Positions 19,483 through 29,600 of a DNA stretch of 64,000 nt are shown here, one piece after another. Source of the DNA: Clostridia bacterium. GTDB lineage: Bacteria > Bacillota > Clostridia > UMGS1883. Both the position numbers and the translations under genes were made by a program. The first letter of the stretch is position 1. The number at the start of each line of letters is the position of its first letter. The notes beneath the pieces were generated by a model. That model had not been told where the DNA came from. It did not search any database and saw nothing but the letters and a program-made list of their open reading frames with translations. The stretch spans positions 74,086 through 138,085 of the forward strand of contig JAZUCF010000012.1 in assembly GCA_045638945.1 (NCBI GenBank). Direction: 5' to 3'.

Positions 19483-21009
19483 ATGTTTTTTTTAAAAAAG
19501 ACCAAAGGCGATAATGTTATATTAGCTGAATTTAAACGTTTGTGGAATGAAGAACTTTTGAAAAATGTCGATTCGCGCGATTTTTCAAAAGCGTACAACT
19601 ATGCTTTAAGAAAATATGCTATTCGCGATATGTGCATGAAAACATATTTCGATTTTGAATCAGAAGATTCCCTTCGTTTCAAGGAAGCATGTAAAGCTTT
19701 TGATGAAGGCGATATTTTTTGGACATTTATGCTTATACGTCAATTTGCATCGTTGCCGGGATATTCAAGCAAGTTGAAAAATCTCACAAACAAAAGACGT
19801 ACATTTCTCTCTGAAAAGAGAAAAGAAACAGTAATAACAAGAAATTCGGTGAGAATGTTTTTACATAATTTAATGCAAACTTCCGCAAAACAAGGAGAGG
19901 AATTTATTAAAAACGCTCTTTCTGATTTGGAATTATATGAAAATTACTGCAGCAAAAGCCAGTACAAATCAGCCTACAAAATAATTGCCCTGACTGATAA
20001 GCCAGGTGATTATACCTCTAACATCAAAAAGTATCTTTATTATGCAGCCAGAAGAGAACGAACTGATGAAAACGAGCAGCAGACGCTTAAGTATTTTGAA
20101 TATGCAAGTAAATATTATAATTTCAAGAGAAAACTAAAAAACGGCTCTCCTATTTTTATTCATGACATAGATATAATTATAGCAATGTTAATTTTCATGC
20201 GTAACGGTGGAGCTGTTTCGCGAGAAGAATTAAAACGAAAGATGCACAGAACCGTAAAAGTTTATTGTGTAGAAAGTTGTTTCACCCCCGTTTGTGTTTT
20301 AGCTGATTATTTGTATCAGATTGGAGAAACTGAGCTTGAGCAAATGGTTCTCAAATTGCTTGTGCACTATGGCGAAGCCGTTAACGATAAGTACAAAAAG
20401 AGATATACGTGTCTTGAACTCATGAACAAAAACTCTGAAAAATTTATTTTCAGGCATAAAGCACATACTCCGCTTGAGTGCGTTTTGTATGATGATAAGG
20501 TGTCATCTTTTGAGGAATGTTTAAAAACCTGTTTAAAGCAAAAGGAACAGAATCAATGGTGTATAGCATTTAAACATACAGTTAAAACATATGAATTCAG
20601 CTATAAATATTTTTATGATGATAAACTCCTTTCGACACTGGAAACTGTTTTTGATAATGAGTTCGGGGATTTTGTTCTTGAATACTCAATGAGAACATTT
20701 TTTAACGGTGATGACAGTTCAAACGCAAAACATTCAATGATTATTATTACGAGCGGAAAAAATCAATACAGTGATTTTCCGAAAATCGGAATAATGATTA
20801 AGATAGAGCCTATTACAAAGAAATTTGTCAATGTTCATTACTGTGTGTTGTATCTTCCTGAAGAGGAATATACAGACGAGATGATTGAGTCCGACTCTCG
20901 TTATGTTGAGTCAATCATCAAAAATGAATCTGACTCACGATTTGAAACTTTCTCAAGGGTAATTGAAAATCTTACTTGGGATACAGTTAATGAAATGCTT
21001 AGTAAATAA
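19483..21009 (+). CDS. hypothetical protein, 508 aa, no recognisable domain
   Basis: Uninterrupted ORF with AGGAGGG RBS, its own promoter and terminator. No TM helix, signal peptide or catalytic motif that I recognise. Confidence 0.65.
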   Translation: MFFLKKTKGDNVILAEFKRLWNEELLKNVDSRDFSKAYNYALRKYAIRDMCMKTYFDFESEDSLRFKEACKAFDEGDIFWTFMLIRQFASLPGYSSKLKNLTNKRRTFLSEKRKETVITRNSVRMFLHNLMQTSAKQGEEFIKNALSDLELYENYCSKSQYKSAYKIIALTDKPGDYTSNIKKYLYYAARRERTDENEQQTLKYFEYASKYYNFKRKLKNGSPIFIHDIDIIIAMLIFMRNGGAVSREELKRKMHRTVKVYCVESCFTPVCVLADYLYQIGETELEQMVLKLLVHYGEAVNDKYKKRYTCLELMNKNSEKFIFRHKAHTPLECVLYDDKVSSFEECLKTCLKQKEQNQWCIAFKHTVKTYEFSYKYFYDDKLLSTLETVFDNEFGDFVLEYSMRTFFNGDDSSNAKHSMIIITSGKNQYSDFPKIGIMIKIEPITKKFVNVHYCVLYLPEEEYTDEMIESDSRYVESIIKNESDSRFETFSRVIENLTWDTVNEMLSK

Positions 21010-21016
21010 CGAAATT

Positions 21017-21055
21017 AATTCGGGGGATTTTGCCGCAGGTAAAATCCCCCGAATT
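21017..21055 (+). terminator. intrinsic terminator after the 508-aa gene
   Basis: AATTCGGGGGATTT / AAATCCCCCGAATT 14-bp stem. Confidence 0.7.
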
Positions 21056-21102
21056 GCAGTTTGTTTGAATTCTAAAAAAATATATATTTTCTAAAAAAGT
21101 AC

Positions 21103-21131
21103 TTGCTTTTTTTATTATTTAAGTGTATAAT
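21103..21131 (+). promoter_or_regulatory. putative sigma-A promoter of tRNA-Ser
   Basis: TTGCTT, 17-nt spacer, TATAAT. The -10 element ends 16 nt before the mature tRNA 5' end. Confidence 0.55.
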
Positions 21132-21147
21132 GTCAAAGTCGGCACTC

Positions 21148-21238
21148 GGAGAGATGGCTGAGTTGGTCTAAGGCGCACGACTGGAAATCGTGTAACGGTT
21201 AATCCCGTTCAAGGGTTCGAATCCCTTTCTCTCCGCCA
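21148..21238 (+). tRNA. tRNA-Ser (anticodon GGA), CCA encoded
   Basis: Folded by hand. Acceptor GGAGAGA/TCTCTCC. Anticodon stem CACGA/TCGTG with loop CTGGAAA. Long variable arm AACGG/CCGTT. T-arm AAGGG-TTCGAAT-CCCTT. G discriminator plus CCA. Confidence 0.93.
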
Positions 21239-21271
21239 AGAAGCATTACCGTTAGGTAGTGCTTCTTTTTT
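21221..21271 (+). repeat. direct repeat copy 1 (tRNA-Ser 3' end from mid T-loop plus terminator)
   Basis: ATCCCTTTCTCTCCGCCAAGAAGCATTACCGTTAGGTAGTGCTTCTTTTTT recurs at 21422-21470. Confidence 0.85.
21239..21271 (+). terminator. intrinsic terminator after tRNA-Ser
   Basis: 12-bp stem (one G-U pair) with GTTA loop, followed by TTTTT. Confidence 0.75.
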
Positions 21272-21421
21272 GCTTTTTCAAAGGAAAAGGGATTCGAACC
21301 CTGAGAGGGCAATACGCGTGAAGAAAACGATTGATAATCGTTTTTAGCGGATTGGTGCGTAGACGGGCACCGAAATGCGAAGCATTTGGGTCGGCAAGCA
21401 GGAAGTGCGCTTTGCGGACTT
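21272..21421. other. G+C-rich, hairpin-dense 150-bp segment between the two repeat copies (integration scar or unannotated structured RNA)
   Basis: Inverted T-arm copy at 21286-21301. Hairpins at 21324-21344, 21354-21371, 21373-21387 and 21403-21421. About 52% G+C by hand count over 21301-21420. Confidence 0.4.
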
Positions 21422-21470
21422 ATCCCTTTCTCTCCGCCAAAAGCATTACCATTAGGTAGTGCTTTTTTTG
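21422..21470 (+). repeat. direct repeat copy 2 (orphan tRNA-Ser 3' fragment plus terminator copy)
   Basis: ATCCCTTTCTCTCCGCCAAAAGCATTACCATTAGGTAGTGCTTTTTTTG. The first 19 nt are identical to copy 1; the rest has a few changes. Offset 201 bp. Confidence 0.85.
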
Positions 21471-21475
21471 TTTTT
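21439..21475 (+). terminator. second copy of the tRNA-Ser terminator hairpin
   Basis: AAAAGCATTACC-ATTA-GGTAGTGCTTTT followed by TTTGTTTTT. Confidence 0.65.
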
Positions 21476-21549
21476 AATTCGAATAAAAAAAGCATTCCCG
21501 GTAATTACTAAGATAATCAAAAAGACATAGTTTGAAAGGATCGATTTTT

Positions 21550-21807
21550 ATGAAAGAATTTATCTTTACTGTAAATGACTCTGATGGAATACACGCCAGA
21601 CCTGCAGGCTTGCTGGTTAAAGAAGCAAATAAATATAATTCACAAATCACAATCAAACATGGCGATAAAACTGCAGATGCCAAAAAGATTTTTTCAATTA
21701 TGGGACTTGCTGCAAAAAAATCAGACAATTTACAAATAACGGTATGCGGCGATGACGAGGATTTGGCTGCGGAAAATTTAAAGAATTTTCTAAAAAACAA
21801 TATGTGA
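21550..21807 (+). CDS. ptsH: phosphocarrier protein HPr (His15 present, Lys at position 46)
   Basis: 85 aa from the ATG behind AAAGGA. GIHARPAG active site. Immediately upstream of ptsI. Confidence 0.85.
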   Translation: MKEFIFTVNDSDGIHARPAGLLVKEANKYNSQITIKHGDKTADAKKIFSIMGLAAKKSDNLQITVCGDDEDLAAENLKNFLKNNM

Positions 21808-21817
21808 GGAGATTTTT

Positions 21818-23440
21818 ATGCTTATTTATCAGGGGAAAAGCGTCTATGGAGGAATAGCAATAGGAAAGATAAAAATCTGGAAAAAGGCAGATTCAATAAT
21901 TAAATGTTACCATGTTAAAGATGCCGACAAGGAGTTTTCCAGATTTATAGCGGCTAAATCCAAGGCTATTAATCAACTTTCGGAGCTAAGAAAGCAAGCA
22001 ATAGAAAAAGTTGGAAGTGAAAGCGCCGCTATTTTTGAAATCCATGCAATTATGCTTGAAGATGCCGATTTCTCGGATTCCATCGAAAACATGATACGAA
22101 ACCAACATTATAATGCAGAATATGCCGTTTCATTATGCTGCGAAAGCTTTGTAGCCATGTTTTCATCAATGGATGACTCATATATGAAAGAAAGAGCGGC
22201 AGATGTAAAAGATATATCGGAACGCTTAATTAATATTTTGAGCGGAGTTTCTTTCAAATCAGAGGAAGAAGAAAGTAACTTAATTATGGTAGCAGAGGAT
22301 TTTTCTCCAAGCGAAACACTTCAGCTTGATAAAAGTAAAATATTGGCATTTGTTACTGCAAAAGGCTCACTTAATTCTCATACGGCAATACTTGCCAGAA
22401 TGATGAATATTCCCGCAATTATAGGGGTTGATCTTTGCTCAAACGGTCTTTCTGACGGAAAGGTAGCAATAGTGGATGGTTATAGCGGAACAGTCTATGT
22501 GGATCCCGACGAAGGTTTTTTAAAAAAAATGCAACAAAAAGCTGACGAAGATGCTGCAAAGCATAATCTTCTGAAATTTTATAAGGGGAAAGAAACTGTT
22601 ACTATTGATGGAAAAAGAATTAATTTATATGCTAACATCGGAAATATAACAGACATTGCAAATGTGATTGATAATGACGCAGAGGGTATCGGCTTATTTC
22701 GAAGTGAGTTTATTTTCTTGGAAAAAAACACCTTTCCGTCAGAGGAAGAACAATTCGCTATATATAAAAACGCTGTAGAAACAATGTGCGGAAAAAAGGT
22801 TATCATAAGAACTCTGGATATTGGTGCTGATAAAAAGGTAGATTACTTCGGATTAAAACACGAGGAAAACCCTGCTATGGGACTAAGGGCAATAAGGCTT
22901 TGCCTGAAGCAACCGCATATATTCAAAACTCAGTTGCGTGCGTTAATGCGTGCCTCTGTATACGGTAATCTTTCCATTATGTACCCAATGATAACTTCCG
23001 TTGAAGAAATAAAACAGATTAAGGATATAATTAACGAAACTGCCGAGGAGCTTAAGACGAGCAATATTCCCTATTCAATTCCTGAACAAGGAATTATGAT
23101 TGAAACACCTGCGTCTGTAATGATTTCCGACTTATTGGCAAATGAGGTATCCTTTTTCAGTATAGGGACAAATGATTTATCTCAATACGCTCTTGCAATC
23201 GACAGGCAGAATGAAGATGTAGACGATTTCTTCAACCCTCATCACGAAGCAATCATGAGGATGATAGAATTAACTGTAAAAAACGGACACAAGGCTGGGA
23301 TATGGGTTGGAATATGCGGAGAATTAGCCTCGGATATTACTCTGACCAAAAAATTTCTTGCAATGGGAATTGATGAACTGTCCGTCTCCCCTGCAGCAAT
23401 TTTCCCAATCAGGAAAACTGTACGTGAGACAAAATTATAG
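21818..23440 (+). CDS. ptsI: phosphoenolpyruvate-protein phosphotransferase (PTS enzyme I)
   Basis: 540 aa. Phosphohistidine region GSLNSHTAILARMMNIPAI. PEP-utilising C-terminal domain FSIGTNDLSQY. Confidence 0.92.
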   Translation: MLIYQGKSVYGGIAIGKIKIWKKADSIIKCYHVKDADKEFSRFIAAKSKAINQLSELRKQAIEKVGSESAAIFEIHAIMLEDADFSDSIENMIRNQHYNAEYAVSLCCESFVAMFSSMDDSYMKERAADVKDISERLINILSGVSFKSEEEESNLIMVAEDFSPSETLQLDKSKILAFVTAKGSLNSHTAILARMMNIPAIIGVDLCSNGLSDGKVAIVDGYSGTVYVDPDEGFLKKMQQKADEDAAKHNLLKFYKGKETVTIDGKRINLYANIGNITDIANVIDNDAEGIGLFRSEFIFLEKNTFPSEEEQFAIYKNAVETMCGKKVIIRTLDIGADKKVDYFGLKHEENPAMGLRAIRLCLKQPHIFKTQLRALMRASVYGNLSIMYPMITSVEEIKQIKDIINETAEELKTSNIPYSIPEQGIMIETPASVMISDLLANEVSFFSIGTNDLSQYALAIDRQNEDVDDFFNPHHEAIMRMIELTVKNGHKAGIWVGICGELASDITLTKKFLAMGIDELSVSPAAIFPIRKTVRETKL

Positions 23441-23449
23441 TCAAGAACA

Positions 23450-23475
23450 AAAGGATGTAGCTTGCTACATCCTTT
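23450..23475. terminator. bidirectional terminator between ptsI and trkH
   Basis: AAAGGATGTAG-cttg-CTACATCCTTT. Confidence 0.7.
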
Positions 23476-23480
23476 ATTTA

Positions 23481-24917
23481 TCATTTCTTCCAAGTATATT
23501 TTGAGAACAGCACAAGCATCGGGAAAACTTCCAAACGCCCAACCAACATATCAAATGATAATACCAAAAGTGAAAAATCAGAAAAACCTGAGAAGTTAGA
23601 GGTAGGACCTACTGCGGCAAGTCCCGGCCCTATATTATTAAGCGTAGCTGCTACAGATGTGAAATTTGTCGTAAAATCAAAATTATCAAAGCTTATAAGT
23701 AAGATTGAAACGACAAAAATCGAGAGGTACGCAGCCATGAACACATTTACACTTCTTACGGTTTCATGTTCTATATTCTTCCCGCCCATCTGAAGTTTCT
23801 TTGTAAGTTTAGGATGTGCTGCTATAGCTACTTCTTTAGCAATGCTTTTTAAGAAAATCATTATTCTTGAAACCTTAATTCCGCCGCCCGTACTACCGGC
23901 ACAAGCTCCTATAAACATCAAGAGTACGAGTATTGATTTGGAAAGCTCAGGCCATTTATCAAAGTCACAGGTGGAAAAGCCGGTAGTTGTCATAATTGAC
24001 GCAACCTGAAATGCACTGTGTCTTAGAGAAATCCATATATTCTCGAATAAATCCACGCAGTTAATACATATTACAAGGGTCGATATTGCCAATATGCCTA
24101 AATAAGCTTTTACTTCACTTGATTGCAGTAGCAACTTAAATCTTCTTAACAAAATTATATAATAAACGGAAAAATCTATACCAAACAAAATCATGAAAAT
24201 TGTAATTACGTTCTGTATATAAGCAGAATATCCGCCTATGCTGGTGTTTAAAATTCCAAAGCCTCCCGTACCGGCTGTGCCAAACATATGAGTTAACGCT
24301 TCAAAAAGGTTCATCCCGCCAAGTAAAAGCAGAATTGTCATTATTACACTCAAGCCAATATAGATACCGTACAAAATTTTAGCACTGGATTTAACTTTGG
24401 GTACAAGTTTAGTTACTGATGGACCCGTACTTTCAGCTTTCATCAAATATAAGTTACTTCCACCGGAAAGAGGCAAAAGAGCAACAAGGAAAACAAGAAC
24501 ACCCATACCACCTATCCAATGTGTAAAACTACGCCAAAACAGCAAACTCTTCGGAAGTGCTTCAATATCAATTAATATCGAAGCACCTGTTGTTGTAAAA
24601 CCTGACACGGTTTCGAAAAAAGCTTGCACGAAGTTTGGTATATACCCCGATATCACAAACGGAATACATCCGAATATACTAAGTACAATCCAACTGAGAG
24701 CTACGATAACAAAGCCCTCTTTTGAATAAATGCTTCTGTTTTTAGCTTTCGACAGAACAAGTAATAATCCTGCAAAAAGGCATAAAAGCATGGATATGAG
24801 AAAAGAAGCATACTCCTTTTCACCGTATATAAAGGCACATACAAGAGGTAAAACCATCAAAAATGCCTCACAGCATAATACTATGCCTAAAGTATGAAAC
24901 ACACGTTTTATATTCAT
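23481..24917 (-). CDS. trkH: TrkH/KtrB family potassium uptake membrane protein
   Basis: 478 aa polytopic protein. Repeated selectivity-filter-like TTTGF/TAGTGGF/TGGGIK segments. Confidence 0.88.
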   Translation of the reverse strand: MNIKRVFHTLGIVLCCEAFLMVLPLVCAFIYGEKEYASFLISMLLCLFAGLLLVLSKAKNRSIYSKEGFVIVALSWIVLSIFGCIPFVISGYIPNFVQAFFETVSGFTTTGASILIDIEALPKSLLFWRSFTHWIGGMGVLVFLVALLPLSGGSNLYLMKAESTGPSVTKLVPKVKSSAKILYGIYIGLSVIMTILLLLGGMNLFEALTHMFGTAGTGGFGILNTSIGGYSAYIQNVITIFMILFGIDFSVYYIILLRRFKLLLQSSEVKAYLGILAISTLVICINCVDLFENIWISLRHSAFQVASIMTTTGFSTCDFDKWPELSKSILVLLMFIGACAGSTGGGIKVSRIMIFLKSIAKEVAIAAHPKLTKKLQMGGKNIEHETVRSVNVFMAAYLSIFVVSILLISFDNFDFTTNFTSVAATLNNIGPGLAAVGPTSNFSGFSDFSLLVLSFDMLVGRLEVFPMLVLFSKYTWKK

Positions 24918-24920
24918 AAT

Positions 24921-26288
24921 TTAACCTTCCAGAATATCCTTAATATCTTTCAATCCCTTAACGGTAGTAACGACTATCACGGTGTCCCCTACTTCAATCT
25001 TGTCTTGACCTTTAGGCGTAATAATCTTCCCCATTCTGTTAATAGAGGCAATAAGAATATTATTTTTAATTCTCAAGTCAAAAAGAGGTTTGCCTACAAG
25101 CGGACAATTCTCTCCAATATTAAATTCGAGTGCTTCCGCCTTGCCATCAAGGATAAAATGAATTGTTTCAATGTTACTGCTTGCCATAGAGTTGTTTTTT
25201 GCTCTTACAAAACGTAAAATATTTTCAGCTGTAATATTTCTGGGATAAATAATTGAATCCAGCTCAAGTTTATTTATGACTTCACCATAATCAATTCTGT
25301 TAATCTTAGTAATAAGCTTTCCTTTGGATTTACTTCTCGCAAAAAGAGAAAGAAGTATGTTTTCTTCATCAATATTTGTTAGAGCAACAACGGCATCAGC
25401 GGATTCAATTCCCTCTTCTATAAGTAAGGCATTATCGGTTCCGTCACCATTAATTATTGTCGCCTTAGGCAACAGATTGGATAGTTTTTCGCATCTTGCG
25501 AAATCCTTTTCTATTATCTTAACTCTTATACCAAAGTTAATAAGCTTATCTGCAAGATAATAACCGGTATATCCTCCGCCTATAATGATTGCAGCTTTAA
25601 TTCTTCCGGTTTTAATTCCAATCCTTTTGAAAAATGCGGAATAGTTATTGAACGTTCCTACCACACTGACAAGATCCCCTTGTTTTAATACAAAATCACC
25701 ACCGGGGATAAACGCTTCTCCTTCCCTTTCAACACCGCATATAAGTACATCGCAAGAAACCTTACTGTTAATTTCCGCAAGTCTTAAATCACACAACACA
25801 GAATCTTCGGGAATTCTGAATTTTAAAATTTCAACTCTTCCCTTTGCAAAAGTATCAATCTGTATTGCACTTGGGAATTTCAGAATACGAGCCATTTCGT
25901 TTGCTGCAGACATATTGGAGTTGATAACCATTTCCAGTCCTAAATCATCTTTAAAGAGGTTAATGGTTTTTCTGTATTCCGGTTTTCTTATTCTGGCTAT
26001 TGTCTGACAATTGCCTATTTTTTTTGCCAGAAGGCAGGTTGTAAAATTTATTTCATCACTGCCTGTAGCCGCAATAAGTATGTCGGAATTTCTGACGTCT
26101 GCTTCTTCAAGTATCTCGGCATTTATGCAGTCTCCCACAACTCCCAGTACGTCATATTTCTTGACAACCGAATCAACAATATGATGTCTGGTATCTACTA
26201 CAGTTATATTGTATTCATTTTCGGAGCATAATTTTTCAACAATTTTTTGTCCAATTTTTCCACAGCCAACAACTGTTATATTCATCAA
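24921..26288 (-). CDS. trkA: Trk system NAD-binding protein TrkA
   Basis: 455 aa. Two tandem RCK_N/RCK_C units (VVGCGKIG and IIGGGYTG Rossmann motifs). Confidence 0.9.
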   Translation of the reverse strand: MMNITVVGCGKIGQKIVEKLCSENEYNITVVDTRHHIVDSVVKKYDVLGVVGDCINAEILEEADVRNSDILIAATGSDEINFTTCLLAKKIGNCQTIARIRKPEYRKTINLFKDDLGLEMVINSNMSAANEMARILKFPSAIQIDTFAKGRVEILKFRIPEDSVLCDLRLAEINSKVSCDVLICGVEREGEAFIPGGDFVLKQGDLVSVVGTFNNYSAFFKRIGIKTGRIKAAIIIGGGYTGYYLADKLINFGIRVKIIEKDFARCEKLSNLLPKATIINGDGTDNALLIEEGIESADAVVALTNIDEENILLSLFARSKSKGKLITKINRIDYGEVINKLELDSIIYPRNITAENILRFVRAKNNSMASSNIETIHFILDGKAEALEFNIGENCPLVGKPLFDLRIKNNILIASINRMGKIITPKGQDKIEVGDTVIVVTTVKGLKDIKDILEG

Positions 26289-26346
26289 GTCACCTTCTTT
26301 GAGGTTTATTATATCAAATATTATATACTATTTCAAGTATATAATT

Positions 26347-26389
26347 AAAATACACAAAACGCCCGATGTTTGGGCGTTTTGTGTATTTT
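26347..26389 (-). terminator. intrinsic terminator after the 62-aa gene
   Basis: 18-bp perfect stem AAAATACACAAAACGCCC / GGGCGTTTTGTGTATTTT. Confidence 0.75.
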
Positions 26390-26392
26390 AAA

Positions 26393-26581
26393 TCAGTCAA
26401 TGATAATATCTAACGCATCTTTTAATTCTGCATCAGGAACAAGAATTTCAAAGCAATCCTCCCCGATGTTATCTGTGGGACGTATCAAGCGTTGCATTAC
26501 AATAATGTTATTCTTTTCGATTTTTTCGCGAACAACCCTGGCATTTTCAATGCTCTGAGTCATATAAACAGAAGTCCACAT
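26393..26581 (-). CDS. small protein, possibly DUF2007-like (PII-like fold)
   Basis: 62 aa. AAAGGA RBS 9 nt upstream and its own terminator. The family assignment is only an impression from the sequence pattern. Confidence 0.4.
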   Translation of the reverse strand: MWTSVYMTQSIENARVVREKIEKNNIIVMQRLIRPTDNIGEDCFEILVPDAELKDALDIIID

Positions 26582-26664
26582 ATGAACATTTCCTTTCAGA
26601 TTACTCTATTTCTTATAATTGCATCTTAGATATAATACACCATTTTTTTACTTTTTGCAAGCAA

Positions 26665-29600
26665 TTATTTTACTATTCTCTCTGAAAACACTAAGTTAAG
26701 TTTTTCCCTGAGTTCATTTCCGGGCTTAACATAAATTCCGTTAAGGTTAATTAAGCCGTAACTGCTCTCTATTGCGACAGGGGTACTTCCAGGATACTTT
26801 TGAAGAATTGGTTTCAACTGTTCAATTTTTAATAGCAACTCATCTCTAAGGCTGATTACAAGAAAATCTGACGCTCCCGTAAAAGGCGTTGCAGAATCTA
26901 CAAGAAGCTTTACGCCCTCATCTTCTTTGATATCAAGTCTGCCGTGAAGCATTACAATTGAATTTTCAGTAAGAAGCGAATCAAGGCGAGTCAATACTTT
27001 AGGGAAAACTATTGTTTCAATGCTTCCTGTAAAATCTTCAAGTGTAATAAATGCCATATTTGTATTTGAACGTGTAAGTTTCTCGCGTCGTACAGATATA
27101 ATGCCCACAACAGAAACTTCACTGCCGTCAAAGTAGCCTGAACTATTAGGTTCATCAATGATTTCGGAAATGTGAGGATAGTTCATTTTCTCTAAATCTT
27201 CGCGGTAATCGTCAAGAGGATGACCGGAGAGATATATACCTGCAACCTCTTTTTCCATGTTCAAAAGTTCCCTTTTTGAATATTCATGAACATTTTCGGG
27301 GAACACATCATCCTTACTGCTTTCATCACCGAAGAATGAAAACTGTCCTTCTATATTATTCTTGCCCGCTCTTGCTTCCGAATCAATTATTTCTTCAAAT
27401 ATTTCAAGCTTTTGAGCCCTGCTTCCCGGAAGCGAATCAAACGCACCGCTCTTAATAAGACATTCAACACTTCTCTTATTAAGCTCACTGATCATTCGTG
27501 AAACAAAGTCACGTACGCTTCTGAAATTTCCGTTAGTTTCTCTGTTCTTAACGCATTTTCTTACAAAAGCATCACCAACATTTTTTATAGTAGTAAGCCC
27601 GAATCTGATGTTATTATCTTCAACGGAAAAGTCAGCCATACTCTTATTTATATCCGGAGGCAGAATCTTTATGCCATTCTGTGTACAATTATTTATATAT
27701 GAAGCGACTTTATTTGCGTTATCCATAACGCTGGAAATAAGCGATGCCATAAACTGTGCAGGATAAAGACATTTAAGATAGGCAGTCTGATACGTTACAA
27801 GGGAATATGCCGCCGCATGGCTTTTGTTGAAAGCATATTGAGCAAAGGCATCCATGTCTTCCCATATTTTCTGAGCTGTATGTTCATCTATGCCGTTGCG
27901 TACACAGCCCATATAACGTATACTTCCATCTTCATTGTCTTCTCCGTATATGAAGCTTTGGCGGGCTTTCTGCATTTCCTTAGCTTTCTTTTTGCTCATT
28001 GCCCTGCGTACTTCATCCGCACGACCCATGGAAAATCCGGCGAGGGTACGTACTATTTGCATAACCTGTTCCTGATATACTATACACCCGTAGGTCATTT
28101 CAAGAATGTTCTTTAAAAGCGGGTGTTTATAGGTAATGTTTTCAGGATTGGTCTTATTTTTAATATATGCAGGTATAAAATCCATGGGACCAGGTCTGTA
28201 AAGTGCAATACCCGCCGTTATATCTTCGATATTTCTTGGTTCAAGGCGTTTCATAAACGCACGCATACCACCGCTTTCGAGCTGAAATACTCCGTCGGTA
28301 TCTCCCTCGGAAATCATTTGGTATACTTCGGGAACATTATAATCAATATTATTTATGTCAATATCAATCCCCATCGACTTGGCAATATTAACAGTATCTT
28401 CAATTACCGTAAGATTTCTAAGACCGAGGAAGTCCATTTTAAGAAGACCCAGTTCTTCAACGGTATCTTTTGTATATTGAGTCGAAATAATATCCTCACT
28501 ACGCTGTACAGGTACATAACTTGACACCTTGTTTCCGGCAATAACTACGCCGGCGGCGTGTGTTCCTATGTTTCTTGGTAGCCCCTCCACTGCCATTGCC
28601 GTGTCAATCAGATTTCTGATTTCATTTGAGGATTCATAAGCCTGTTTTAATTTAGGATTTTCAAGTGCAAGCTCAAGAGTCATACCTAAATCCATAGGTA
28701 CCATTTTAGCGATCGTATCAACATCTCCGTAAGGCATACCAAGGACTCTTCCGCAGTCTCTGATTGCTCCTCTCGCTTTCATGGTGCCAAAAGTACCAAT
28801 CTGACTTACATTATCAGCACCGTACTTTTCTATAACATAGTTTATAACCTCTCCCCTTCTTTTAGGACAAAAGTCAATATCTATATCCGGCATGCTTACT
28901 CTTTCGGGATTCAGAAATCTTTCAAAAATAAGATTGTATTTTGTCGGCTCTATATCGGTGATACCCAAAGTATATGATACAATGCTTCCTGCTGCACTTC
29001 CTCTGCCAGGACCAACAGGAATTGAATTACTTTTTGCGTAGTTAATGAAGTCCCAAACGATAAGAAAATAGTCTACAAAACCCATTTGAGATATCACACT
29101 GAGTTCATAGTCAAGTCGCTGAAAAAGCTCACTTCCCGGATTATCATACCTCTTTTTCATTCCATCAAGACACAGGCTCTTAAGATACTCATACGGGTCT
29201 TTGCCGTCAGGAACATTGTAGGACGGGAGATGTCTTTCTCCGAACTTGAATTCAAAATTACATTTTTCCGCTATTATACCGCTGTTATCTATAGCTTCCG
29301 GAGCGTATTTAAAAAGCTCACGCATTTCTTCTTCGCTTTTTAAATAAAACTCCTCAGTTTCAAAACGCATACGGTTTTCTTCATCCAGAGTTTTTCCCGT
29401 CTGTATACAAAGAAGAACATCTTGGAATTTCGCATCCTTTTGCTCTATATAATGAACATCATTTGTAGCAACAAGGGGGGTATTTGTTTCCTTTGCAAGC
29501 TTTACAATCAAAGGATTAACCTTCTTTTGTTCCTCAATTCCGTGGTCCTGAATTTCTAAATAAAATTCGTCGAAAAGCTCTTTGTATTCATTAACAACCT

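Noticed and set aside
21282-21441. Possible second tRNA, tmRNA, SRP RNA or 6S RNA in the insert after tRNA-Ser
   Set aside because: No acceptor stem pairs with either T-arm-like element. At ~150 nt the segment fits neither a tRNA nor tmRNA or RNase P RNA. I could not find the SRP domain IV motif (GGAA tetraloop with an AGCA-type loop). The region is kept only as an unexplained structured segment in the findings.
21199-21495. 98-aa minus-strand ORF across the tRNA-Ser region
   Set aside because: It runs antisense through the tRNA gene and both terminator copies. It has no RBS. The open frame is better explained by the G+C-rich non-coding insert.
26289-26392. Possible c-di-AMP (ydaO-type) riboswitch upstream of trkA
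   Set aside because: Only about 100 nt are available, and most of that is the terminator hairpin of the upstream 62-aa gene. This is too short, and the conserved pseudo-symmetric helices are missing.
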